A DNA stretch of 32,000 bases from Candidatus Saccharimonadota bacterium. Its GTDB lineage: Bacteria; Pseudomonadota; Gammaproteobacteria; Enterobacterales; Enterobacteriaceae_A. Position 1 is the first letter of the stretch; each line of letters starts with the position of its first letter. Made by a program: the position numbers and the translations under genes. Of this stretch, positions 9,643 through 18,734 are shown one piece after another. Under the pieces are notes generated by a model. The model saw only the letters and a list, made by a program, of their open reading frames with translations, made no database searches and was not told the DNA's origin. Location: positions 30,001 to 62,000 of the forward strand of contig CP102982.1 in NCBI GenBank assembly GCA_030849285.1. The letters run 5' to 3'.

Positions 9643-10317
9643 ATGAAAAAAAAAAGACAAATAGTTTTTGATACTGAAACAACTGGTTTAAATAAATTTG
9701 GATTACCATATATAGGACATCGTATTATAGAAATAGGTGCTATAGAATTAATAAATCGTAAATTTACAGGTAAAATTTTTCATTCATATCTTAATCCAAA
9801 TAGATTAATTAGTACTGAAGCATTTCGTATACATGGAATTAGTAATAAATTTTTAAATAATAAAAAAAGTTTTAAAGAAATTTTAAATAAATTTTTAAAA
9901 TTAATAAATGGAGCTGATTTAATAGCACATAATGCAATGTTTGATGTAAATTTTATAAATTATGAATTTTCTTTAATTGATAAAAATATACCAAAAATTG
10001 AAAATTTTTGTAATATAATAGATACTTTATCTATAGCTAGAAAACTTTTTCCAGGCAAAAATAATAGTTTAAATTCATTATGTAAACGTTTTGAAATAGA
10101 TAAAAGTAAACGTTTTTTTCATAGTGCTTTAGTTGATGCTAAATTATTATCAAAAGTTTATTTATTTATGACAGGTGGGCAAAAATTTTTAAAATTTAAT
10201 AATGAAATAAAATTAAAAAAAAAAAATATTGAAAATAAAAAAATATTAAAAATAATTAAAATAATATATGCTAATAAAAAAAATATTTTAAAACATAATT
10301 TATTTTTTAAAAATTAA
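9643..10317 (+). CDS. dnaQ: DNA polymerase III epsilon (3'-5' proofreading exonuclease)
   Basis: Exo I (VFDTETTG), Exo II (HNAMFDVNF) and Exo III (HSALVDAKLL) motifs are present in the correct order. 224 aa. Confidence 0.92.
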   Translation: MKKKRQIVFDTETTGLNKFGLPYIGHRIIEIGAIELINRKFTGKIFHSYLNPNRLISTEAFRIHGISNKFLNNKKSFKEILNKFLKLINGADLIAHNAMFDVNFINYEFSLIDKNIPKIENFCNIIDTLSIARKLFPGKNNSLNSLCKRFEIDKSKRFFHSALVDAKLLSKVYLFMTGGQKFLKFNNEIKLKKKNIENKKILKIIKIIYANKKNILKHNLFFKN

Positions 10318-10330
10318 TTTTAAAAATATT

Positions 10331-11740
10331 TTAATTAAAATTTAATAATATATTAATTAATTTATTTATACGATATAAAGTTTTATTTTTTTTAATTATA
10401 TATATAATATTATTTATATTCGGTGATATTTTTTTTCCTGTAATAATAATACGTAATGGCATATATATATTATACATATTTAAATTAAATTCTTTTTTTA
10501 TTTCAAATATTATATTATTAATATTTTTATATGTCCAAAATTTAATCTTATTAAATTTATTATAAATAATTATTAATATTTTATAAATATTTTTAAAATT
10601 TAAAATTTTTTTAATAATTTTATAATTAAATAAAATATTTTTGTTATATATATATTTAAAAAAATCAACCATTTCAATTAAATTTTTACAACGCTTACTA
10701 AATAATTTAATAATAATTTCAATTTTTGGTTTTTTATTTATAATTAATTTATTTTTTTTGATATACGGCAAAACATTTAATTTTATTTTTTTAATAGACA
10801 TATTATTAATATAATATTGATTAATCCAATTTAATTTTTTTATATCAAAAATACTAGAAGATTTAATAAAATTTTTAAAATTAAAATATTTTTTCATTTC
10901 AGAAATTGTAAATATTTCTTTATTTTTATATGACCATCCAAGTTTTAGTATATAATTAATAAAAGCTTCAGGAATATATCCATTATGTTTATATTCATTT
11001 ATATTATTTGAAAAATATCTTTTAGAAAGTTTTTTCCTATCATTTCCTAAAATTGTAGAAACATGAGCATATTTAGGTATTTTAGAATTTAAACTTTTAA
11101 ATATATTAATTTGTTTAGGAGTGTTATTAATATGTTCTTCACCTCTAATAATATGAGTAATATTCATATCTAAGTCATCTATAACTGAACTAAAATTATA
11201 AGTAGGTATACCATTTTTTCTACAAATTATAAAATCATCTAATTCTTTATTATTTACTTTTATTAATCCTCTTACTTTATCATTAAAAATAACATAACCA
11301 TTTTTTGGATTTAAAAAACGAATAACATATTTTTTTTTATTTAAATTTTTTTTAATAAAATTAATACAAAATTTATCATAACGTGGTTTTATATTATTTT
11401 TAATTTGATATTTACGTAATAAATTTAAACGATTTTTTGAACAATAACATTTATATGCACTACCATCATTTAACATTTTATTTATAATTTTTTTATATTT
11501 ATAAAGATTATTAGTTTGAAAAATAGGGCCAATATCCCAATCAATTTTTAACCATTTTAAACCTTCTATTATAGATTTAACAGATTTAGTATTAGAACGA
11601 TTAATATCAGTATCTTCTATTCTTAATATAAATAAACCCTTATTACTACGACTAAATAACCATGAATATAAAGCTGTTCTAGCTCCACCAATATGTAAAT
11701 ATCCTGTAGGACTTGGAGCAAATCTAGTTATTATTTTCAT
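10331..11740 (-). CDS. gltX: glutamyl-tRNA synthetase
   Basis: 469 aa with RFAPSPTGYLHIGGARTALY (HIGH region), IRGEEHINNTPKQ and KLSKR. Confidence 0.95.
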   Translation of the reverse strand: MKIITRFAPSPTGYLHIGGARTALYSWLFSRSNKGLFILRIEDTDINRSNTKSVKSIIEGLKWLKIDWDIGPIFQTNNLYKYKKIINKMLNDGSAYKCYCSKNRLNLLRKYQIKNNIKPRYDKFCINFIKKNLNKKKYVIRFLNPKNGYVIFNDKVRGLIKVNNKELDDFIICRKNGIPTYNFSSVIDDLDMNITHIIRGEEHINNTPKQINIFKSLNSKIPKYAHVSTILGNDRKKLSKRYFSNNINEYKHNGYIPEAFINYILKLGWSYKNKEIFTISEMKKYFNFKNFIKSSSIFDIKKLNWINQYYINNMSIKKIKLNVLPYIKKNKLIINKKPKIEIIIKLFSKRCKNLIEMVDFFKYIYNKNILFNYKIIKKILNFKNIYKILIIIYNKFNKIKFWTYKNINNIIFEIKKEFNLNMYNIYMPLRIIITGKKISPNINNIIYIIKKNKTLYRINKLINILLNFN

Positions 11741-11889
11741 AATTATATTATTTATAATTAAATTATATTTAAAATTAAATAAATATATAAATAAATTAAA
11801 ATATTTAAAATTTTTATTTAGTTATTTATTAAAATAATAAAATTATACATAATAATAAATTTAAATATTTTTTTTAAAAAAAAAAAATT

Positions 11890-12786
11890 TTAAATAATAT
11901 TATTATGTATAATTTTATTATTTTTAATTCCAATACATAAATTATTATATCCTTTTAATAATAAATCAATTGCGTATGTACCCATACGATATCCTAAAAT
12001 ACGATCATATGATACAGGTTTACCACCTCTCTGAATATGTCCTAAAACTATTGTACGTATATTTTTTTTAATTTTTTTTGTAATGTATTGTGAAAATTTT
12101 TTAATATTACATATATTTTCAGTAATAATTATAATTAAATTTTTAACACCTTTCAAAATTTTATATTTAATTTCACAAATTAAATTATCAATATTAAATT
12201 TTATTTCAGGTATTATAAAAAATTCACATTTTCCAGCAATAGCTGAAGCAATGGTTAAATTTCCACAACTTCTACCCATTACTTCAATTATAAATATACT
12301 TTGATGTGAAAAAGCAGTATCTCTAATACGATCTATTGATTCAACTATTGTTTCTAAAGCAGTAAAGTATCCAATAGAATAATCTGTATATATAACATCA
12401 TTATCAATTGTACCAGGTAAATTTATACATGAAATTCCTTCATTTATTAAATATTTAGAACCAATATATGAACCATTACCACCAATAATAATTAATGAAT
12501 TAATATTATTAATTTTAAGATTTTTAATTGCTTTTAATCTTATTTTTTTTTTTTTAAAATCTTCAAATCTTGATGAACCTAAATATGTACCTCCGGAATT
12601 ATTTAAATTAAATAATTTATTATTATTAAATATTTTTTTAATATTGTTTTTATATAATCCTTTATAACCATTATAAATTCCAAAAATTATAAAATTATTT
12701 AAATATGAATTATATAATATACCATTAATAGCAGAATTCATTCCAGGTGAATCACCACCACTAGTTAATACTCCAATATTTTTCAT
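11890..12786 (-). CDS. pfkA: ATP-dependent 6-phosphofructokinase
   Basis: 298 aa with IGVLTSGGDSPGMN, IIGGNGS, PGTIDND, EVMGR and LGHIQRGG. It is collinear with E. coli PfkA. Confidence 0.93.
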   Translation of the reverse strand: MKNIGVLTSGGDSPGMNSAINGILYNSYLNNFIIFGIYNGYKGLYKNNIKKIFNNNKLFNLNNSGGTYLGSSRFEDFKKKKIRLKAIKNLKINNINSLIIIGGNGSYIGSKYLINEGISCINLPGTIDNDVIYTDYSIGYFTALETIVESIDRIRDTAFSHQSIFIIEVMGRSCGNLTIASAIAGKCEFFIIPEIKFNIDNLICEIKYKILKGVKNLIIIITENICNIKKFSQYITKKIKKNIRTIVLGHIQRGGKPVSYDRILGYRMGTYAIDLLLKGYNNLCIGIKNNKIIHNNII

Positions 12787-12827
12787 TTTTCCCTTTTTAA
12801 AATAATTTTAAAAATATATTTAATAAT

Positions 12828-12862
12828 TTATTAATATAATATTTTAAATATTATATTAATAA
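12828..12862. repeat. 35-bp A/T-only palindrome (17-bp arms, 1-nt centre) in the divergent pfkA/prfB spacer
   Basis: 12828-12844 is the exact reverse complement of 12846-12862, centred on t12845. Confidence 0.6.
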
Positions 12863-12918
12863 TAATTATAATAAAATTATATTAAAATATAAAAATAATT
12901 ATAAAATTTTAAATTTAT

Positions 12919-14031
12919 ATGATTAAAAACAATTTTTTAAATTATAAAATTCAAAAAATTTTAAAAAATTTAATTTATATAAAAAAAAAAATAAATTATA
13001 TTAAAAAGAAAAAACGTTTAATAAAAATTAATAATGAATTTAAAAAAAAAAATTTATATAGTAATTATAATTTTTTTTTAAAATTAAAAAAAGAAATTAA
13101 TTTAATTGAAAATATTTTTAAAAAAATTATTTTTTTGAAAAAAAATATATATGATAATATTGAATTATTAGAGATATTTAAACAAACTAAAGATAAAAGT
13201 ATTTTAAAATATATTATAAAAAATTTAGAACATTTAAATAATATAATAAATAATTTAGAAAATAAATATATATTTTTTAAAAAAAATGATAAATTAAATT
13301 GTTTTTTAAATATTAAATCAGGATCTGGAGGAATAGATTCTCAAAATTGGTGTAATATTCTATTAAAAATGTATTTAAAATGGGCAGAAAAAAAAAAATT
13401 TAAAATTGAATTTATTAATAAAAAAAATAATAATAATAATGGTATTAATTCAATTACTATTAAAATTATAGGTAATTATGCTTATGGATGGTTAAGAACT
13501 GAATCTGGTATTCATAGATTAGTTAGAAAAAATTTTTTAAATAATAAAAAAAGGCATACATCTTTTAGTTCAGTATTTGTTTATCCTGAATACAAAAATG
13601 ATAATATTAATAATAATGTAAATATTAAAGAATCAGATTTACGTATTGATTTATATCGTTCTTCAGGATCAGGAGGTCAACATATAAATAAAACAGAAAC
13701 AGCAGTAAGAATTACACATTTGCCAACAAATATTGTTGTAAAATGTCAAAATAATCGTTCACAATATATAAATAAAATTTCTGCTATTAAACAATTAAAT
13801 TTAAAATTATTAAATTTAGAAAATTTAAAAAAAAAAAAAAAAATAAAAAAAATTAATGATAATAAATTAAATATTTCTTGGAGTAATCAAGTAAGATCAT
13901 ATATTTTTGATAATTCTATTGTTAAAGATGTTAGAACAAATTTAAAGGTTAAAAATATAAAATATATTTTAGATGGTAATTTAGATTTATTTATTAAAAA
14001 TAATTTAAAAGCTGAAATAAATAATGATTAA
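12919..14031 (+). CDS. prfB: peptide chain release factor 2, encoded in a single frame
   Basis: 370 aa, collinear with E. coli RF2 from residue 1. It has GSGG, YAYGWLRTESGIHRLVRK, RHTSFSSVFVYPE, the GGQ motif (SGSGGQHINKTETAVRITH) and QNNRSQ. There is no internal TGA or frameshift site. The stop overlaps the lysS start (ATGATTAA). Confidence 0.93.
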   Translation: MIKNNFLNYKIQKILKNLIYIKKKINYIKKKKRLIKINNEFKKKNLYSNYNFFLKLKKEINLIENIFKKIIFLKKNIYDNIELLEIFKQTKDKSILKYIIKNLEHLNNIINNLENKYIFFKKNDKLNCFLNIKSGSGGIDSQNWCNILLKMYLKWAEKKKFKIEFINKKNNNNNGINSITIKIIGNYAYGWLRTESGIHRLVRKNFLNNKKRHTSFSSVFVYPEYKNDNINNNVNIKESDLRIDLYRSSGSGGQHINKTETAVRITHLPTNIVVKCQNNRSQYINKISAIKQLNLKLLNLENLKKKKKIKKINDNKLNISWSNQVRSYIFDNSIVKDVRTNLKVKNIKYILDGNLDLFIKNNLKAEINND

Positions 14032-15508
14032 AAAAAAAAAATTATATATTAATTATAAAATCAAAAAATTATATATTAAAAAATATATTTTTAAAATTAA
14101 AAAAAAAAAAAAATTTATACGTATAAATATATCTAATCAACTTCATAAAAAATATAATATTATAAAAAAAAAAAAAAAAATAGTAAGTGTTGCTGGAAGA
14201 ATGATAAATAAAAGAATAATGGGATCTGCATCTTTTGTAAAATTAAAAGATATGGGGGGTTATATTCAGTTATATATAACAAAAAATAAAATATCTAAAA
14301 CTTTATATGAAAAAAAATTTAAAAAATGGAATTTAGGAGATATTATAGGAGCAAAAGGTTTATTATTTAAAACAAAAACTGGTGAAATTTCTGTTTTTTG
14401 TATAGAATTGTATATTTTAAAAAAATCAATACATATTTTACCTGAAAAATTTAATAAAATTTTAGATCAAGAAATAAGATACAGACAACGTTATTTAGAT
14501 TTAATAATTAATAATAAATCTAATTATATATTTAAAATTCGCTCTAAAATTATATTTTATATACGTAATTATATGAATATAAATAAATTTATAGAAGTTG
14601 AAACTCCAATAATTCAAACAATTCCTGGAGGTGCTACAGCAAAACCATTTATAACTTATCATAATTCTTTAAATATTAAAATGTATTTACGTATTTCACC
14701 TGAATTATATCTTAAACGTTTAGTAATAGGGGGATTTGAAAGAGTTTATGAAATAAATAAAAATTTTAGAAATGAAGGAATATCTTCTAAACATAACCCT
14801 GAATTTACAATGATGGAAATTTATATGGCATATTCAAATTATAAAATATTAATTAAATTTATTGAATGTTTATTTAAAAATATAGTTAAAAAAATTATAG
14901 GTAAAACAAAAATTTTATATAAAAATAATTTTTTAAATTTTAATATACCTTTTAAAAAAATGACAATGTATAATTCAATTAAAAAATATTATAAATATAT
15001 TAATTTAAAATATATTTATAATATTTTTTATTTAAAAAAAATTTTTAAATCTATAAATATTAAAATTAAAAAATATTATAAAATTGGAAATTTTATTAAT
15101 AAAATATTTGAAATGATGATTATACCAAAATTAATAAAACCTACATTTATTACTAAATATCCTATTGAAGTTTCACCATTAGCTAAAAGAAACTCAAAAA
15201 ACCCAAGTATAGCTGATAGATTTGAATTATTTATAGGTGGTTTAGAAATTTGTAATGGTTTTTCGGAATTAAATAATTCTAATGATCAAAATAAAAGATT
15301 TAAAGAACAAATTAAAAATTTAAAAAAAAATAATAATAATACATCATTTAATGATAAAGATTATATTAAAGCATTAGAATATGGTTTACCTCCAACAGCG
15401 GGTTTAGGTATAGGAATAGATCGTATGATAATGATATTAACTAATAGTAATACAATTAAAGAGGTAATTTTATTTCCAATAATGAAAAAAAATGAAAATA
15501 AACTATAA
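14024..15508 (+). CDS. lysS: lysyl-tRNA synthetase (class II)
   Basis: 494 aa with VAGRMINKRIMGSASF, RYRQRYLDLI, EVETP, IPGGATAKPFITYHN, FRNEGIS, HNPEFTMME and GLPPTAGLGIGIDR. It sits next to prfB as in E. coli. The start is uncertain because the N-terminal 55 aa are poly-Lys rich. Confidence 0.95.
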   Translation: MIKKKKLYINYKIKKLYIKKYIFKIKKKKKFIRINISNQLHKKYNIIKKKKKIVSVAGRMINKRIMGSASFVKLKDMGGYIQLYITKNKISKTLYEKKFKKWNLGDIIGAKGLLFKTKTGEISVFCIELYILKKSIHILPEKFNKILDQEIRYRQRYLDLIINNKSNYIFKIRSKIIFYIRNYMNINKFIEVETPIIQTIPGGATAKPFITYHNSLNIKMYLRISPELYLKRLVIGGFERVYEINKNFRNEGISSKHNPEFTMMEIYMAYSNYKILIKFIECLFKNIVKKIIGKTKILYKNNFLNFNIPFKKMTMYNSIKKYYKYINLKYIYNIFYLKKIFKSINIKIKKYYKIGNFINKIFEMMIIPKLIKPTFITKYPIEVSPLAKRNSKNPSIADRFELFIGGLEICNGFSELNNSNDQNKRFKEQIKNLKKNNNNTSFNDKDYIKALEYGLPPTAGLGIGIDRMIMILTNSNTIKEVILFPIMKKNENKL

Positions 15509-15602
15509 TTTTTATTTAAATTAAATTAATAAAATTAAATATTTTATATTTTAAAAATAAATTATATTGAAAATAATATATAGTAAATTATAATTATTTA
15601 TT

Positions 15603-15675
15603 AGCGGGATAGAGCAGTTGGCAGCTCGTCGGGCTCATAACCCGAAGGTCGTTGGTTCAATTCCAGCTCCCGCTA
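15603..15675 (+). tRNA. initiator tRNA-fMet (anticodon CAT)
   Basis: AGCGGGA-TA-GAGC-AGTTGGCA-GCTC-G-TCGGG-CTCATAA-CCCGA-AGGTC-GTTGG-TTCAATT-CCAGC-TCCCGCT-A. The core GCTCGTCGGGCTCATAACCCGAAGGTCGT is identical to E. coli tRNA-fMet. It has three G:C pairs next to the anticodon loop and A11:U24. CCA is not encoded. Confidence 0.9.
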
Positions 15676-15767
15676 AATATTAAATAATTTATTTTTAAAA
15701 ATATTTAATTATTAAATATATTTAAATTTCTCTTTTTTAAAAATATAAATTATTATAAGAATAATAA

Positions 15768-18143
15768 ATGTTAAATAATTATAATTCAAAAAAAATTAAA
15801 ATTTTAAAAGGATTAGATGTTGTACGTAAATGTCCAGGTATGTATATAGGAAATATTAATAATGGAAATGGATTACATCATATGGTTTATGAAATAATTG
15901 ATAATTCAATAGATGAAATTATTATTAGTAAATGTAATAAAATTATAGTTACTATACATAATGATAATTCTATATCTATTCAAGATAATGGTGGAGGAAT
16001 TCCAGTAAATATTGATAAAAAAAAAAAAAAACCATTAGTAGAAATATTAATGACTATTTTACATACTGGAAGTAAATTTAATAATAAAAAAACAGGAGGT
16101 TTACATGGGGTTGGAGTTTCAGTTGTAAACGCTTTATCTAAAAAATTAAAATTAATAATTTATAAAAAAAAAATTTATAAACAATTTTATAATAATGGTA
16201 ATCCTAAAAATAAATTAAGATTAATTAAAAAAACGAACAAACATGGTACAATTATACGTTTTTGGCCTAATTTATCTATATTTACTAATATTACTAATTT
16301 TAATTATTATATTATATTAAAGCGTTTACATGAATTAACATTTTTAAATCCCAAAATTTCATTTTATATAAGAGATTTATATAATAATAAAAATGATTTT
16401 TTAAAACATTATGGTAAATTAAAATCATTTATTAAATTTTTAAATAAAAAAAAAAAAAAAATAAATAAAAAAATTTTTTTAGTTTCAGTAATTAAAAATA
16501 ATATTAACATTGATATTGCTATGCAATGGAATAATGGAATTAATGAAAAAATATATTGTTTTACTAATAATATAAAACAAATTGATGGAGGAAGTCATCT
16601 TTCTGGATTAAGAAATGCTATAACTAAATCTATAAATAATTTAATAGATAAAAAAAAAAAAATTAAAAATAATAATAGAATAGGATTAGTTTGTATTATT
16701 TCAATTAAACTTTATAATCCTAAATTTTCATCACAAATTAAAAATAAATTAATTTCTTCAGATATTAAAAAAATTATTGAAATAATAATAATTAAAAAAT
16801 TTAAAAAATATTTTAAAAAAAATAAAACTGATAAAAAAAAAATTATTAATAAAATATTAAATTCTAATGAAACAAAAAATACAATTAATAAATTAAATTA
16901 TATATATAAAAAAAAAAATTTAATTAATTTCAATATAATAAATAAATTAGCAAATTGCCAAGAAAAAAACCCATTATTTTCTGAATTATATTTAGTAGAA
17001 GGAGATTCTGCAGGTGGATCAGCAAAACAAGGTAGAGATAGAAAAATACAAGCAATTTTACCGTTAAAAGGAAAAATTTTAAATGTTGAAAAAGCAAATT
17101 TTAACAAAATAATAGATTCAAAAGAAATTTTATCTTTAATTTCAGTAATTGGTTATAAAATTGGAATTAAAAAATATAATTTTAATAAAATTAAATATAA
17201 TAAAATTATTATAATGACAGATGCAGATATTGATGGATCACATATTAGAACTTTATTATTAACATTTTTTTATAGACAAATGCCAGAAATAATAGAAAAC
17301 GGGCACATATATATAGCACAACCACCACTTTATAAACTTGAAAATAATAACAATAAATACTATATAAAAGATGAAAAAAATATGAATAAATATAAAATTA
17401 ATATAGCAATTAAAAAAACTAAATTATTTAATAAAAAAATAAATTTCAAAAAAAAAAATCTTAAAAAAATAATATATGAATATTTTATTATAAAAAAAGA
17501 AATTAATAATATTAATAAAAAGTATCCCCATGATTTACTTATTTATTTAATTTATCAACCCTTTTTTTTAAGTTTTAATGATTTTAATAATTTTAAAATT
17601 ATTAAAAAATGGTTAAATATAATAATTAATAAAATAAATAAAATATATAAAAATAATTTTATTTATTATAAAATAAAAATTATAAAAAATATTAAAAAAA
17701 AAATATATGAACTATTATTTTGTAAAAATATTTATGGTAATAATATTTATTATAAAATAAATGCTAAATTTTTAAATAGTATTCAATACAAAAAAATTTT
17801 TAATTTAAGTAATAAATTATATTTATTATTTAATGAAAAAACTAAAATAATTAGAAAAAAAAATATTAAAAAAATATATTCTTTAGAAGAAGCGTTAAAT
17901 TGGCTTTTTAATGAAATTAAGGGGGACTTTATTATAAAAAGATATAAGGGTTTAGGTGAAATGAATCCAAATCAATTATGGGAAAGTACTATGAATCCTA
18001 ATAATAGAAATATGTTACGTGTTTATATAAAAAATAAAATATATACTAATAAATTATTTAATATTTTAATGGGTGATAATGTTAAATATAGACGTAATTT
18101 TATAGAAAATAATGCTTTAAATGTATTAAATATAGATATTTAA
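15768..18143 (+). CDS. gyrB: DNA gyrase subunit B
   Basis: 791 aa with GLDVVRKCPGMYIG, GLHHMVYEIIDNSIDE, GGLHGVGVSVVNALS, EGDSAGGSAKQGRDR, PLKGKILNVEKA, IIIMTDADIDGSHIRTLLLTFF and YKGLGEMNP. Confidence 0.97.
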   Translation: MLNNYNSKKIKILKGLDVVRKCPGMYIGNINNGNGLHHMVYEIIDNSIDEIIISKCNKIIVTIHNDNSISIQDNGGGIPVNIDKKKKKPLVEILMTILHTGSKFNNKKTGGLHGVGVSVVNALSKKLKLIIYKKKIYKQFYNNGNPKNKLRLIKKTNKHGTIIRFWPNLSIFTNITNFNYYIILKRLHELTFLNPKISFYIRDLYNNKNDFLKHYGKLKSFIKFLNKKKKKINKKIFLVSVIKNNINIDIAMQWNNGINEKIYCFTNNIKQIDGGSHLSGLRNAITKSINNLIDKKKKIKNNNRIGLVCIISIKLYNPKFSSQIKNKLISSDIKKIIEIIIIKKFKKYFKKNKTDKKKIINKILNSNETKNTINKLNYIYKKKNLINFNIINKLANCQEKNPLFSELYLVEGDSAGGSAKQGRDRKIQAILPLKGKILNVEKANFNKIIDSKEILSLISVIGYKIGIKKYNFNKIKYNKIIIMTDADIDGSHIRTLLLTFFYRQMPEIIENGHIYIAQPPLYKLENNNNKYYIKDEKNMNKYKINIAIKKTKLFNKKINFKKKNLKKIIYEYFIIKKEINNINKKYPHDLLIYLIYQPFFLSFNDFNNFKIIKKWLNIIINKINKIYKNNFIYYKIKIIKNIKKKIYELLFCKNIYGNNIYYKINAKFLNSIQYKKIFNLSNKLYLLFNEKTKIIRKKNIKKIYSLEEALNWLFNEIKGDFIIKRYKGLGEMNPNQLWESTMNPNNRNMLRVYIKNKIYTNKLFNILMGDNVKYRRNFIENNALNVLNIDI

Positions 18144-18166
18144 AATTTTAAAATATTTTTATAAAA

Positions 18167-18495
18167 GTTAATTGATAAGCTGGATTCTGTCATTGAGCAG
18201 TAATTTATCTAGACTAATAATTACTTATTAGTTCAAGCAATTAACCCAGAGTTTAGTATGAGCAATACAACTCTTATTTAATTTTGCACCGAGTAGAGTT
18301 TACAATATCGTTAATTGTTACCAAAACGATGTATGTTTTAAACATACTATTTCACCCTTTCTTATAATATTTTATAAGTGGTTTTTTTTCTGTTGTACTT
18401 TTCGTAATTTAATCCCAGGTATTACCTGGTACTCTGCTCTTTGGGGTCCAGACTTTCCTTCTTTATTTTTTTTTAAAGATTACTGCTTAATTAAC
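18167..18495 (-). ncRNA. rnpB: RNase P RNA (bacterial type A, reduced)
   Basis: This is a non-coding island with raised G+C. The minus strand reads GGAAAGTCTGGACCCCAAAGAGCAGAGTACCAGGTAATACCTGGG ... AAAGGGTGAAA ... GTAAACTCTACTCGGTGCAA ... CTAGATAAATTACTGCTCAATGACAGAATCCAGCTTATC. This parallels conserved blocks of E. coli M1 RNA. The ends GTTAATT/AATTAAC can pair as P1. The ends are approximate to a few nt. Confidence 0.85.
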
Positions 18496-18642
18496 TTATA
18501 AATTATTATAACATTTTTAAAATATTATTTCAATAAATATATTAATTAAATATACTAATAATTTAAAAAATATAAATGTTTAATTAATAAATTTTAAAAT
18601 TTATTTAATAATTAAAATGAAAATATAAATTATATAAATTTA

Positions 18643-18661
18643 TTTTTTTTTTTTTTTTTTT
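18643..18661. repeat. T19 homopolymer in the rnpB/mdfA divergent spacer
   Basis: Direct count gives 19 consecutive T on the plus strand, ending 74 nt upstream of the mdfA ATG. Confidence 0.9.
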
Positions 18662-18734
18662 AAAATATACATTTATTGTAAAATAAATTAAAATTAATTT
18701 AAAATAATTATTAATTATATATAAAAGGAAAAAA

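Noticed and set aside
11868-11890. T8-A12-T3 run downstream of pfkA, considered as a possible terminator or hairpin
   Set aside because: It is self-complementary only as homopolymers with no loop-defining sequence. It is indistinguishable from low-complexity A/T runs.
12083-12304. 73-aa ORF antisense to pfkA
   Set aside because: It is a shadow ORF inside a well-supported gene.
12919-14031. UGA reassignment (genetic code 4) as an explanation for the altered RF2
   Set aside because: All genes are full-length under the standard code with no in-frame TGA. Tryptophans I checked, such as the WW in asnS, are encoded by TGG despite the extreme A+T bias. There is no evidence for recoding in this window.
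16898-17107. 69-aa ORF antisense to gyrB
   Set aside because: It is a shadow ORF over the conserved Toprim region of gyrB.
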